From Chthonomonadales bacterium (GTDB lineage: Bacteria; Armatimonadota; Chthonomonadetes; Chthonomonadales; Chthonomonadaceae): a DNA stretch of 64,000 nt. A program made the position numbers and the translations under genes. This document shows positions 9,475 to 18,994 of this stretch, piece by piece (position 1 is the first letter of the stretch; every line of letters begins with the position of its first letter). The stretch spans positions 22,264-86,263 of the forward strand of contig JBBQPO010000001.1 of the NCBI GenBank assembly GCA_038217285.1. Direction: 5' to 3'. Below the pieces are notes generated by a model. That model saw nothing but the letters and a program-made list of their open reading frames with translations. It had not been told where the DNA came from and did not search any database.

Positions 9475-10496
9475 CAGTTGTTCTCCTCGGACGAGCGCCC
9501 CTGAATCCGCTTTACTTCCCGCTCGAAATCGCTTTCGAACGCTCTGTCCTGCTTGACCCGAAATTCGGCATATTGCGCTTCGGCAAGCTGCTTTGCCACT
9601 TCCCTGGATACTTCGCCCGGGTTCGTCAAGACTTCGTATTCGTTGAACTTGAGGAACGCGTCGAGACGGGCGACCCAGTCGGTCATTCGCATAGGAATAT
9701 GGCGGGCAGCCTGATTTTCGGCATAGTCAAGGTACATGCCGACGATGCGTTCGAGTTCTTTGATCTCCTGCTCGATGAGATAGTTCTTCGCCACGCAGAC
9801 GTCGGCTTTCAGGATCTTTCCGTCCGGCCCGTTCTTCCAGTGGGTCAGTCCCATGCTCGGCCTGGAAGCGTCCGCACGAGAAGCGATGATCTCTGCCGCC
9901 GTCTGTCCTGTGACAGCCCAGTGAAGCTTGTTCTGCACCGTGGCGAAGAATGTCTTCGTGATCTCGGCGTCTTTGTCGTAGTCTATGCTCGCCTGCTCAT
10001 AGATGTCCGTGATCTTGAGGTAGAACCGTCGTTCGCTGGCGCGAATTTCGCGTATCCGCTCCAGCAACTGGTCGAAGAAGTCTTTCCCAAAGCGTGTGTT
10101 CAGTTTCAGACGCTCATCATCGAGGACAAAGCCCTTTACGACAAACTCTTTGAGCGTTTGCGTCGCCCAGATGCGAAACTGCGTCGCCTGGAGACTATTG
10201 ACCCGGTAGCCAACGGAGATAACCGCATCGACACTGTAGAACTGCACCTGATATGTCTTTCCGTCATCGGCAGTATGTGCAAATTTTGCACATACTGCCT
10301 CGCTGTCCAGTTCGCCCTCGTCAAAGATGTTAGACAAATGCTTGGTGATGACACTGCGATCAACCGCAAATAGTTCGGCCATTCGCTTTTGTGTCAGCCA
10401 AAACGTGTCCTCGTCAAAGAGAACCTCTACCTTTACCGTTCCGTCATGCGACCGGTAGAGAATGACGTCACCCCGCTTGAGTTCCGGCTGATCCAT
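9474..10496 (-). CDS. rhuM: Virulence RhuM family protein
   Basis: WLTQKRMAELF, ISVGYRVNS..ATQFRIWAT, IREIRASERRFY, VQNKLHWA. The ATG at 10496 overlaps the mod stop (TAATG). Confidence 0.9.
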   Translation of the reverse strand: MDQPELKRGDVILYRSHDGTVKVEVLFDEDTFWLTQKRMAELFAVDRSVITKHLSNIFDEGELDSEAVCAKFAHTADDGKTYQVQFYSVDAVISVGYRVNSLQATQFRIWATQTLKEFVVKGFVLDDERLKLNTRFGKDFFDQLLERIREIRASERRFYLKITDIYEQASIDYDKDAEITKTFFATVQNKLHWAVTGQTAAEIIASRADASRPSMGLTHWKNGPDGKILKADVCVAKNYLIEQEIKELERIVGMYLDYAENQAARHIPMRMTDWVARLDAFLKFNEYEVLTNPGEVSREVAKQLAEAQYAEFRVKQDRAFESDFEREVKRIQGRSSEENN

Positions 10497-13400
10497 TAAA
10501 TGTTCTCCACATCCCACATCAGACGATGGAAATCTTCTTCAATGAGGCGGACTTTCCATGTCTGGTCGTCCCTCTTAAAATTTTGCAGGTTGTTGTCGCC
10601 ATTGACATAGATGACATCGAACTCCTGGTCGAGCGTATTATAGGTCTGCTTGCGGAAAAACTCGTCGAGCTTATCGTTCGGGTTCTCCACTGTATCCCGC
10701 CAGATGATAAGGGCCTTCTCCCCATTTTCGCTGTTGCCCGGACCAGGCAAGCGACCGGTGACCACATGGAAACCGCGAATGACGTCCATCGTCTGCACAC
10801 GAAGCCCAAGCAGCCAGTTGAATGTCTCGGCAAGGTCAACATTTACTTCCTTTGTCTCACCAATCGTGTCCGTAGCAACTTTGAGTTTGTACTGGAATGG
10901 GTGGGCGAATTCCTGGATATTGAGCATCGCCTGACTGCCCGCCGTTGCATCCTCTAGAACGTAGTGGAGCATATAATCTTCGCGCAACGTGTCATTTGAT
11001 GCCAACAAGTCGGTTTGAAGGCTATTTGGCTTGTTGATTTCCAAGTTAGTGAGGGCATCTTCGTAGGATTCGAGACGAAGAACCTTAATGATCCGTGGGC
11101 TACGTTCTACCTCTTTGACAGTAGCACGACGTTTGGGCTTTCCGTCCTTCCATTCCGGAGCATATGTTACTTTTTTAATGCGAGGTACTAGCACGGTGTC
11201 AAAGTATGTCCCCATTTCAACAAGGGAGAATTTACGCCGCCCTCCATCGTCGCGATTGAGGTTGATTACGGCATGTCCTGTGGTCCCAGAGCCTCCAAAA
11301 AAGTCTAAGATAAGTGGCTCCTCATATTGATAGCTCATTGCCTCAACGGCATCAAGGACTGTATAGATTGACTTCGGATAAGAAAATGCCTCGCGGTTGC
11401 CAAGGATTTCTGCAACGAGAGCAGTGCCGTGTGGACCAGCGTTATACCTACTGTCAGTCCAATTGCTCATAAGACTACTTCGCTTGCCCTGAGTATCGAC
11501 GACAAGTTTTATTGAGCCACCTTCGGTCATCACAATTTCTCCTGTTGCGAGACCTTTGACGGCTGATTCGTATGCTCTGCACCACACTTTTTCTTCGCCA
11601 TTAGGACTAATGGGATAGCGTCTCGTATATCCCTCAGCAGTTTTGGCCGTTGGGTATGGTCCGGATGGGCCTGGCGACGGTTCAATTCCAACAATCTTGT
11701 TGGAATCATCTACAAGTAGTGCATAAAAACTGTTTGAGCGTCCTGCTCGGGCCTTGTTATCGCCAGGTCCACTCAACATAAAACTTCGGTATTCGATGTC
11801 TCCAGATTTAGCTTTTCCCTTGAGAATGTCATTGCCTGACGGAGTCAGCATAAGCATATATTCGTGAGTCCGTGAAACGTTATGGCTCATGCCTCCTTGA
11901 GGATGATGATTTACGACTACCATGTTGCGATCATAGTCAGTAAAGATACTGTCAACCAATTCACACAGGCGAGCCAATTCCAGGTCGTCGATCGCAATTG
12001 CATAGCATGCGTCCTTGTGCAAAAGATGTAACGATCTGTAAAGTCGATCATTCATAAGCGATAACCAAGACGCATCGCGGTACGAGTTTTTATAGATGAT
12101 CTCAGATTGGCCAGTATTGTAGGGAGGATCAATGTAAATACATTGCACTTGTGATCTATATCGTTGGTCCATGACGCCAAGCGCTTGGAAGTTCTCGCTT
12201 CTGAACATCAAGCCATCAGTCAATTCGTTTAGATCACCCAGTACTCTTAGCAACGAATCAGTAAAGGCTTCATTGTAATGACGTGTATCTACTACCAATG
12301 TAGGATTCGCGTTCAGGAAATCCAATGTCAGCGGAATCGTATATCCAGGCTGTTCGAGATCCTGCTCTATTTCATCTATAGCACACAGGTTTATCCACTC
12401 TAAACGTTGGGCATCGTTCGCCATAATGTCGTTATATAGCAACTTTGGCACACAGTTGAGAGTGACCAAGTATTGCGTTTCGACGACAAACTTCTTCTTG
12501 AGCCAGAGACGTTTCTGGAAGTCCTCAAGTTGGGCCAGAAATTCGATAATTTTGCTGGCGACCCGGCGAATTGCGCGCACTTTCGCCAAATACTGTTCGA
12601 CCTTGGGAGCGGAGGCGTCTTCGATGTCATCGAGGTGCATGACCTCGTTCTTGATGTAGAAATCGAGTTCCCGCCGCAGGAAGCCGCCAAGGTCTTTGTG
12701 GATGAAATAGTCGAAGGTATTTCGAGCGGTATAGTCTGTTAGGTGCTTAGCCAGGACGGTTCGGGTAGGCTCTTTCGCGGTCGGAGCCGTCGCGTTGAGC
12801 AGTCCCTTCCACTCAGCAGGAGCCAAGGACAAGATCGCTTCTTCTGCCACGCCGTTCAGGTCTTTCTGCTTGCGCTTGGAGGCATCGTTGCGATATTCGA
12901 AGCGGAGGAATAGCTCGCCGTTCTCCTCTATGATCGGGTCCGCTTCGACCAGGATGAAGACGCGTTTCTCCGTCTCCTTATTGTTGTCTCGCTCCGTCTG
13001 AGCGTCGGCCAGTTTGAAGTGAACGCGTTTTTCGCCGCCTGCTTTGAATGTGTAGTCGCGGAAGTGTTCGGCAGTCTTGATGTAGTACTGGTCGGCGTTC
13101 GCCCAGTGGAGTTTGACTTCCTCGCCTTCATAGGGGATAGCATAGACGCCCTCTTTATAACGGCGCAGGCTGAGAAAGTCCCCTTCGTCGTAGTAGCGGC
13201 GGAAGAAGTTGTAAAGGTGGTTGAAGACTTCCTGCTCCAGCGCGCCCAGATCGCCCGCACCTGCATAGTTCGCGCGGAGTTCACGGACTTTGGGGCTGTC
13301 GTCGGGATTCATGCCCGCATTCCGAATCTGATTCTCCAGAGTTTCGAGTTCGTGCAGTCCGGCGCTGCCGATATCGCCCTGGGCGGCGTGCAGCACTTGT

Positions 13401-13549
13401 TTGACCTGTGGCAGCAGGTCGCGTTCGAGGAAGCGGACGATCTCATCTCGCTTTGAGTTCATAATTCGGTAGATGCCGAAGTCGAGATCCGCCTGGTCGA
13501 GTTGAAATATCTCGGTCAGTTTGGAAAGCAGTTTATCGTAGTTCGTCAT
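10496..13549 (-). CDS. mod: Type III-like site-specific DNA methyltransferase (Mod, beta class), unusually long
   Basis: [11 protein letters not shown] (motif IV) precedes [12 protein letters not shown] (motif I). N-terminal [12 protein letters not shown]. 1017 aa. Confidence 0.9.
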   Translation of the reverse strand: MTNYDKLLSKLTEIFQLDQADLDFGIYRIMNSKRDEIVRFLERDLLPQVKQVLHAAQGDIGSAGLHELETLENQIRNAGMNPDDSPKVRELRANYAGAGDLGALEQEVFNHLYNFFRRYYDEGDFLSLRRYKEGVYAIPYEGEEVKLHWANADQYYIKTAEHFRDYTFKAGGEKRVHFKLADAQTERDNNKETEKRVFILVEADPIIEENGELFLRFEYRNDASKRKQKDLNGVAEEAILSLAPAEWKGLLNATAPTAKEPTRTVLAKHLTDYTARNTFDYFIHKDLGGFLRRELDFYIKNEVMHLDDIEDASAPKVEQYLAKVRAIRRVASKIIEFLAQLEDFQKRLWLKKKFVVETQYLVTLNCVPKLLYNDIMANDAQRLEWINLCAIDEIEQDLEQPGYTIPLTLDFLNANPTLVVDTRHYNEAFTDSLLRVLGDLNELTDGLMFRSENFQALGVMDQRYRSQVQCIYIDPPYNTGQSEIIYKNSYRDASWLSLMNDRLYRSLHLLHKDACYAIAIDDLELARLCELVDSIFTDYDRNMVVVNHHPQGGMSHNVSRTHEYMLMLTPSGNDILKGKAKSGDIEYRSFMLSGPGDNKARAGRSNSFYALLVDDSNKIVGIEPSPGPSGPYPTAKTAEGYTRRYPISPNGEEKVWCRAYESAVKGLATGEIVMTEGGSIKLVVDTQGKRSSLMSNWTDSRYNAGPHGTALVAEILGNREAFSYPKSIYTVLDAVEAMSYQYEEPLILDFFGGSGTTGHAVINLNRDDGGRRKFSLVEMGTYFDTVLVPRIKKVTYAPEWKDGKPKRRATVKEVERSPRIIKVLRLESYEDALTNLEINKPNSLQTDLLASNDTLREDYMLHYVLEDATAGSQAMLNIQEFAHPFQYKLKVATDTIGETKEVNVDLAETFNWLLGLRVQTMDVIRGFHVVTGRLPGPGNSENGEKALIIWRDTVENPNDKLDEFFRKQTYNTLDQEFDVIYVNGDNNLQNFKRDDQTWKVRLIEEDFHRLMWDVENI

Positions 13550-16410
13550 TAGATGATCCTCCAGCGGATCGTGAAAAGGTTGTCGGAATAGGTTTTCTGT
13601 TGCATGCGTTTCTCAAGAGCGCCGATGAGCAGGTTGCGCTTTTCGATGATTTCGTCTTCGATCTCAAATATCCGTTGCCGTTGTCGGCGCTGCCTTTGCT
13701 CCAGGTCGCGGATTTTGCTCTGAAAGGCGATCTGTTCTTCCGTGGTGGGAGCCTGCCGCGCCTGCCGATTGGCCTCCCGGAGCTGACCTTTAATGTCTTT
13801 CAACTCTTTTTCGGCCGCAAGGATCATGTCATCCGCCCACTTCTCCAGGCGTTCACGCTCCTCATTCATAAAGCGATTGTTGGCTTCGAAGGATTGATGC
13901 ATCGTCGCCTTTTGATGCTGCGCTGATTCGGCGGTCAGTCGCTCGGGCAGCGCCGAGCCATCGACCAGAGCGGTGACTGCGCCTCCGCACAAGAACACCT
14001 TTTCCAGAACTTCCTGATCTACCGATGCACCGCTATCGGTAAAGCCAGACAGCAAAATGTACTCTTCACGCTCGAACGCGTCGATGACAAGCTTATTGAG
14101 CGTCATCCAGCCAGCCTGCCCTTGCAAGCCTTCGACCACACTCAGGCGACCACGATGACTTGTGACGTCGAAGGTCACCTCTGCCAATGGGGTCGGGCAC
14201 GCCTTCGCGCGGTCGATCACATGCTCTCCAAGTGGATGAGAAAGCCGATACAGGAAATCGCCATCGATATTCTCTTTGCTCTTCGAGATGAGATGGTAGG
14301 TTCCTGTTGGGATGTCCGAGATCGGCGGACTGTTGAGATCGAAAGCCAGCGCATCGTCATCGAACACGGCGGCATCTCCGATGATATGCTCGGTAAGCCA
14401 CCAGAACTGCTTTCCAAATCGGTCGAGTTGCTGCTGCGCGCCTTCTAGTTGCAGGCGCAGGCGCTGATGGATCTCTTCGTCAAAAAACTCCAACAGCATC
14501 TGTCGCGTTGAGGCCATGCGGGCCTTGATGCTGGCATCGAGTTGTTGCCGCAATTCGCGAAAGGCGACCTCGATCTGCGCGTTTGTTCGACAGGACTGAT
14601 AGATGTCGTAAATCCGCTTTTCGAAATCGACCCCGGATTCTATGCTTCCGAGGACTTCATCGGACGCGCCGAAAACACCATCGAACAGTTGAAACTTCTC
14701 CTCCAGGAGTTCAAAGGTGCGCTGATCGGCAGCGTTGCGCTCATTGACGAAGTTGATGACCACAACGTCGTGCTTCTGCCCATACCGATGACAGCGCCCG
14801 ATTCGTTGCTCGATCCGTTGTGGGTTCCACGGCAGGTCGTAGTTCACGACCAGGCTGCAAAACTGAAGGTTCACGCCCTCGGCCGCCGCTTCCGTAGCAA
14901 TAAGGATCTCGGCGTGATTCTTGAACTCCTCGATGATAGCGGAGCGCGCATCGACATCTCGCGAGCCTGTGACTTTGCCGGAGCCTTTATTGGCAGCGAC
15001 CCAGCGATCGGTAAGCTTCCGAGCCTCCTCGTCGTTATTCGAGCCGTTGAAGCGAACGACTTTGCCCGCGTACCCATTGGCATCGAGGAAGTTGCGAAGG
15101 TAGGACTGGGTGCGCCGCGACTCCGTGAAGATGAGCGCCTTTCGTGCAGCGCCGTTCTCCTGCATCTTCGTGAAGCCGATTTCGAGCGCGTTCAAAAGCG
15201 TGCGAGACTTGGAGTCTACTCCGATGCTCCGCGCCCACCGAATGTAGTGATCCAGCTCTTGTATCTCGGCGTCGAGCTTTGCAACGTCGATGGCGGGAGC
15301 GTTCTCACTCTCCTCTTCGACGTCGATGGCGCCCTCAAAGAGGTCGTCGTCCTCAAGATCCTCCCCGGCGATGATTTTGTCGACAATGTCGCCCTCGGGC
15401 ATACCTGACTTCAGGTCCATGAGCCGCTGTTTGATGATCTCCAGCGTTCCCGCGATGGCCGGAGAGGACGAGGCGAGGATCTTCCTCAACCGGAGAGTCA
15501 AAAGTACGCGCTGGCGTTTGGGAATGCTGAAGGTCTCCGCGCGTTGGAGGAAGGTTGAAATAGCCTCGTAGAGAGTATGCTCTTCATCGGTAGGGTGGAA
15601 CGGGCGAGTGACGGCCTGGCGCTTTGTATACTGGACGTATTCCAGCACATCCTTCCGCAGCGTCCGCTTGCAGAACCCTTTGAGGCGCGTCTTCAGATCG
15701 TCCAGGTCGGCATCCGCACCGACATAGAGCGCACGAAAGACGGACGGCTCTCCGAACATATACTCGTCGATGATGGAGGACATGCCGTAGAACTCCATTA
15801 AGGAGTTCTGGAGCGGGGTCGCCGTCAGGAGAATCTTCTTAGGCCCTTCAACGGCGAGACGAATAGCCTGTCCTGTTTTGTTGCTTGGCTGGTGGGCATT
15901 GCGCAGCTTATGCGCCTCGTCGATAACGACCAGATTCCAACCGACCGCGCGAATCTCGTCCTTCATTTTTGCGGCGAAATTGTACGAACAGATGACGACC
16001 TTACCGCCTTCGAACGGACTGGCGGCGCCACCGTTCTTCACCTGGTTGTAGGCACGAGCATCCAGAATGATCGAAGGCAGATTGAACTTCTCTTCAAGTT
16101 CTGTCGCCCACTGCTTGCGAATCGAGGCCGGACAGATGACGAGAAGCCTGCGCTTACGCTCCGCCCAGAGTTGACAAAGAACAAGGCTTGCTTCGATGGT
16201 CTTGCCAAGACCGACTTCATCGGCAAGAAGGACGCCCTTGGAGACCGGCGACCGCAGCGCAAAAAGAGCGGCTTCAATTTGGTGGGGGTTCAGATCTACA
16301 TTGGCATCGAATAAGGCCATTGAAAGCCTTTCGAGTCCCTCCCGCGATGCTTGCCGAGTCAGATCATGAGCGAAGTACTTCGCATGGTAGTCGGTAACGA
16401 GCAACGCCAT
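13549..16410 (-). CDS. SNF2-family helicase with C-terminal coiled coil
   Basis: NPHQIEAA, LADEVGLGKT, IDEAH, LTATPLQN, EGVNLQ, YDLPWNPQRIEQRIGRCHRYGQ. Confidence 0.92.
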   Translation of the reverse strand: MALLVTDYHAKYFAHDLTRQASREGLERLSMALFDANVDLNPHQIEAALFALRSPVSKGVLLADEVGLGKTIEASLVLCQLWAERKRRLLVICPASIRKQWATELEEKFNLPSIILDARAYNQVKNGGAASPFEGGKVVICSYNFAAKMKDEIRAVGWNLVVIDEAHKLRNAHQPSNKTGQAIRLAVEGPKKILLTATPLQNSLMEFYGMSSIIDEYMFGEPSVFRALYVGADADLDDLKTRLKGFCKRTLRKDVLEYVQYTKRQAVTRPFHPTDEEHTLYEAISTFLQRAETFSIPKRQRVLLTLRLRKILASSSPAIAGTLEIIKQRLMDLKSGMPEGDIVDKIIAGEDLEDDDLFEGAIDVEEESENAPAIDVAKLDAEIQELDHYIRWARSIGVDSKSRTLLNALEIGFTKMQENGAARKALIFTESRRTQSYLRNFLDANGYAGKVVRFNGSNNDEEARKLTDRWVAANKGSGKVTGSRDVDARSAIIEEFKNHAEILIATEAAAEGVNLQFCSLVVNYDLPWNPQRIEQRIGRCHRYGQKHDVVVINFVNERNAADQRTFELLEEKFQLFDGVFGASDEVLGSIESGVDFEKRIYDIYQSCRTNAQIEVAFRELRQQLDASIKARMASTRQMLLEFFDEEIHQRLRLQLEGAQQQLDRFGKQFWWLTEHIIGDAAVFDDDALAFDLNSPPISDIPTGTYHLISKSKENIDGDFLYRLSHPLGEHVIDRAKACPTPLAEVTFDVTSHRGRLSVVEGLQGQAGWMTLNKLVIDAFEREEYILLSGFTDSGASVDQEVLEKVFLCGGAVTALVDGSALPERLTAESAQHQKATMHQSFEANNRFMNEERERLEKWADDMILAAEKELKDIKGQLREANRQARQAPTTEEQIAFQSKIRDLEQRQRRQRQRIFEIEDEIIEKRNLLIGALEKRMQQKTYSDNLFTIRWRII

Positions 16411-16637
16411 GAAGGCAGATCTCCCTACTCTGGAAAACTTAAACTGCTTCCAACATAACTGAACGCCCCGGCGAGGCTGGCCCCGATTGGGCTTCTACCG
16501 GTCGAGATAGGAAGAGGATAAATCAGTATACACGAAAACAGGCAAGTGATGATCCTGCCCTTCACGCGTCAACAACCATTGTGTACGAAGCGTCCGTGTT
16601 GCCGGAGCAGCGCAAGTCGGCGGTAAGTGACCGCCCT

Positions 16638-17900
16638 CTAAGCAGGGTCCGCGCCTTGCCAGAGCGCGGAGAGCGGCACGGCGAAGAGCTTTGCTCCGAA
16701 CGGCACCACGCGCTCACCTGTATAGAGCACGATGCCACGCACAAAGCGCTCCGCTGTCAGCGCTTCCAACGCGCGCAGGCCCTTGAAGTCCTCTGCCCCT
16801 ACCGTGCTGGACGCTTTCACTTCTATGCCGACCAGGGTGCCATCGCGCTTTTCCAGCAGCAGATCTACTTCTTCTCGGTTGGCGGTATGCCAATGGTAGA
16901 GCGTTGGGCGTGTTTCGCTCCAGCCGATGTCTTTTAGCACCTCCATGACCACAAAATTTTCGAGAAGGCCGCCCAGATGCGTCGGTTCCTGCAAGAGTCT
17001 CGCTTCCGAGACACCGAGCAGATGCGCTGCAAGCCCGGTATCCGTCAATACGATTTTCGGCGATTTAATAAGACGGGTCGTCAGGTTTCCACTCCACGCT
17101 GGCACCGTGCGGACAAGATAGGTGGTTTCGAGCAGAGTCAGGTAGCGCGTGAGCGTGGAGTAAGGCACGTTGGCGGTGCGAGAAATGTCTGCAGCGTTCA
17201 GGAGCGAAGCGGTCCGAGCCGCAAGCAGTGCCAGGAGGCGCGGCATCTGAGTAAGGCCTTCAATGTTAGCCAGATCTCTGACATCCCGCTGCAGAATGGT
17301 TGCGATATACGATTCAAACCAGTTCTGTCGCCTTCTCGCGGGACGAGTCATCGGTTCGGGGTAGCCTCCCCGCACAACACGTCCTATAATATCTTCGCGT
17401 GATGTCACAGGCGCGGAGGCAAAGGCGTTCAGAGGCGAGGCGAAAGCAAACAGTCTGTCGACAAAACTCACACTTACCCCTTCGATCTCCGCTTGCGCGA
17501 GAGGCCACAGGGTCAGAATCTCCATACGGCCAGCCAGAGATTCAGAGAGCCTGGGAAGCAAGAGAACATTGGTCGATCCAGTCAGCAAAAAGCGTCCGGG
17601 CCGCCTGTCTCGATCCACGCTGGCTTTGATCACAGGAAATAGTCCGGGCACGCGCTGTACTTCGTCCAGAATGACCGGTTCACCCGAAGCACTCAAGCTT
17701 GCGATAAATCCCGTCGGATCCGAAATAGCCGCCGAAAGGACATCGAGATCATCGAGCGTAGCATAGGTGGCAGAATTCGATGTTATTTCCTGCGCGCGTA
17801 CAAGAGTTGTTTTCCCGGTCTGGCGGGCACCACCCAGAAGCACGACAGGAGTGTCGGCCAGTGCATCCCGCATTTGCTCGGCTACATTTCGTCGGTACAT
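16638..17900 (-). CDS. AAA_14 ATPase with DUF4143 domain
   Basis: GARQTGKT, ILDEVQ, LTGS, ESLAGR, GGYP, C-terminal EVDLLLE...IEVKAS. Confidence 0.9.
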   Translation of the reverse strand: MYRRNVAEQMRDALADTPVVLLGGARQTGKTTLVRAQEITSNSATYATLDDLDVLSAAISDPTGFIASLSASGEPVILDEVQRVPGLFPVIKASVDRDRRPGRFLLTGSTNVLLLPRLSESLAGRMEILTLWPLAQAEIEGVSVSFVDRLFAFASPLNAFASAPVTSREDIIGRVVRGGYPEPMTRPARRRQNWFESYIATILQRDVRDLANIEGLTQMPRLLALLAARTASLLNAADISRTANVPYSTLTRYLTLLETTYLVRTVPAWSGNLTTRLIKSPKIVLTDTGLAAHLLGVSEARLLQEPTHLGGLLENFVVMEVLKDIGWSETRPTLYHWHTANREEVDLLLEKRDGTLVGIEVKASSTVGAEDFKGLRALEALTAERFVRGIVLYTGERVVPFGAKLFAVPLSALWQGADPA

Positions 17901-18013
17901 GGGTATATATTACCCACACTGTGGTGATTTTGCATAGGTTTCTTTTAGCCGCTATGGTCAACGTCCCACCAAAAGCGAATGGGCCTCTTGATCCCAATGT
18001 TAGGCTTCCATCC

Positions 18014-18055
18014 TTGACAGCCTCTGCTACATCGTGTACAATCCTTACAATGTAG
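18014..18055 (+). promoter_or_regulatory. Sigma70 promoter of the TA operon with an overlapping inverted repeat
   Basis: TTGACA (18014)-17 bp-TACAAT (18037). CTACAT (18027) and ATGTAG (18050) form an inverted pair straddling the -10. Confidence 0.7.
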
Positions 18056-18080
18056 TGCGGGTAGAGGAGGAGAGAATCCT

Positions 18081-18524
18081 ATGTCTCAGGTCGTCAGTTT
18101 GCGCCTGCCGGATGCGACGGCGGAACGCCTGAAGATGAATGCGCGGCGAACCGGAAGAACCGTCAACGAAACTGCCGCACGCTCTCTCGAAGAGTGGCTG
18201 CGACAGGAAGAGTTCGCCGACATCGAGTTTCGCAGCTTCAATGGCGAGCGCCATGCCTGCCTCAAAGGCGCGCTTCCGGTCTGGCAGTTCATTATGGTCG
18301 CAAAAGACCACGACATGGACGCGGACAGGACGGCGGCCTATTTCCGATTTCCGATCCCTCGGGTGAAAGCGGCTTTTCATTACTATGAAGCCTATCCGCA
18401 CGAGATCGATTCGGTGATTGCCGACAACGACGCCATGACATTCGACAAACTCAAGCGCCTTCTGCCGCAGTTGGAAGGCATCGCGGTACCGCCGTCGGTG
18501 TTGGATGGCGAGAGCGCCGCGTAG
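18081..18524 (+). CDS. Antitoxin: N-terminal ribbon-helix-helix plus DUF433 (VapB45-like)
   Basis: VVSLRLPD (RHH strand), then ACLKGALPVWQFI...VKAAFHYYEAYPHEID. The stop overlaps the PIN gene start. Confidence 0.8.
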   Translation: MSQVVSLRLPDATAERLKMNARRTGRTVNETAARSLEEWLRQEEFADIEFRSFNGERHACLKGALPVWQFIMVAKDHDMDADRTAAYFRFPIPRVKAAFHYYEAYPHEIDSVIADNDAMTFDKLKRLLPQLEGIAVPPSVLDGESAA

Positions 18525-18904
18525 TGTTGTCGCTGTTGCTGGACCAGCATATCTCCGTGGAGATCGCCGAACAGGTGCGGGCAAAACGGCCGGAGATTCC
18601 GATTCGGAGCCTTTATGAGTGGCGCAACGGCGCGTTTATAGGGGCCGCCGATCCGATTATTCTGCAGGCGGCTGCAGCCGAGAGTCTCACGCTGGTCACC
18701 TACGACCGCCAGACTATTCCGCCGGTTCTACGGGAATGGGGAATCTCGGGCATCGCTCATGGCGGTGTGCTCTTTGTGGACAACCGTACGATAGCTACCA
18801 ACGATTTCGGACGGCTGATTCGCGCACTGATCTACTACTGGGACCGTGAACAGAACAACGGTTGGGCGAATCGGATCGGGTTTCTGCCTGCTCCTCTCGG
18901 ATAA
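18524..18904 (+). CDS. PIN-like toxin (DUF5615/VapC45-like)
   Basis: LLLDQHIS, AADPIILQAA, LVTYD, HGGVLF. Coupled to the DUF433 gene. Confidence 0.8.
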   Translation: MLSLLLDQHISVEIAEQVRAKRPEIPIRSLYEWRNGAFIGAADPIILQAAAAESLTLVTYDRQTIPPVLREWGISGIAHGGVLFVDNRTIATNDFGRLIRALIYYWDREQNNGWANRIGFLPAPLG

Positions 18905-18994
18905 TCGGCATAGACCAGGGCGTTGCAGGGAAGAGGGCAGAGGCGCCTGTGTGTACCGCGTGTACGGAGGCACAGGCACATCTGCCCGTGCGGC

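Noticed and set aside
6298-16410. DISARM or BREX system
   Set aside because: No DrmA/DrmB (DUF1998)/DrmC (PLD) or PglZ/BrxC genes. The MTase and helicase-nuclease are type III Mod/Res-like.
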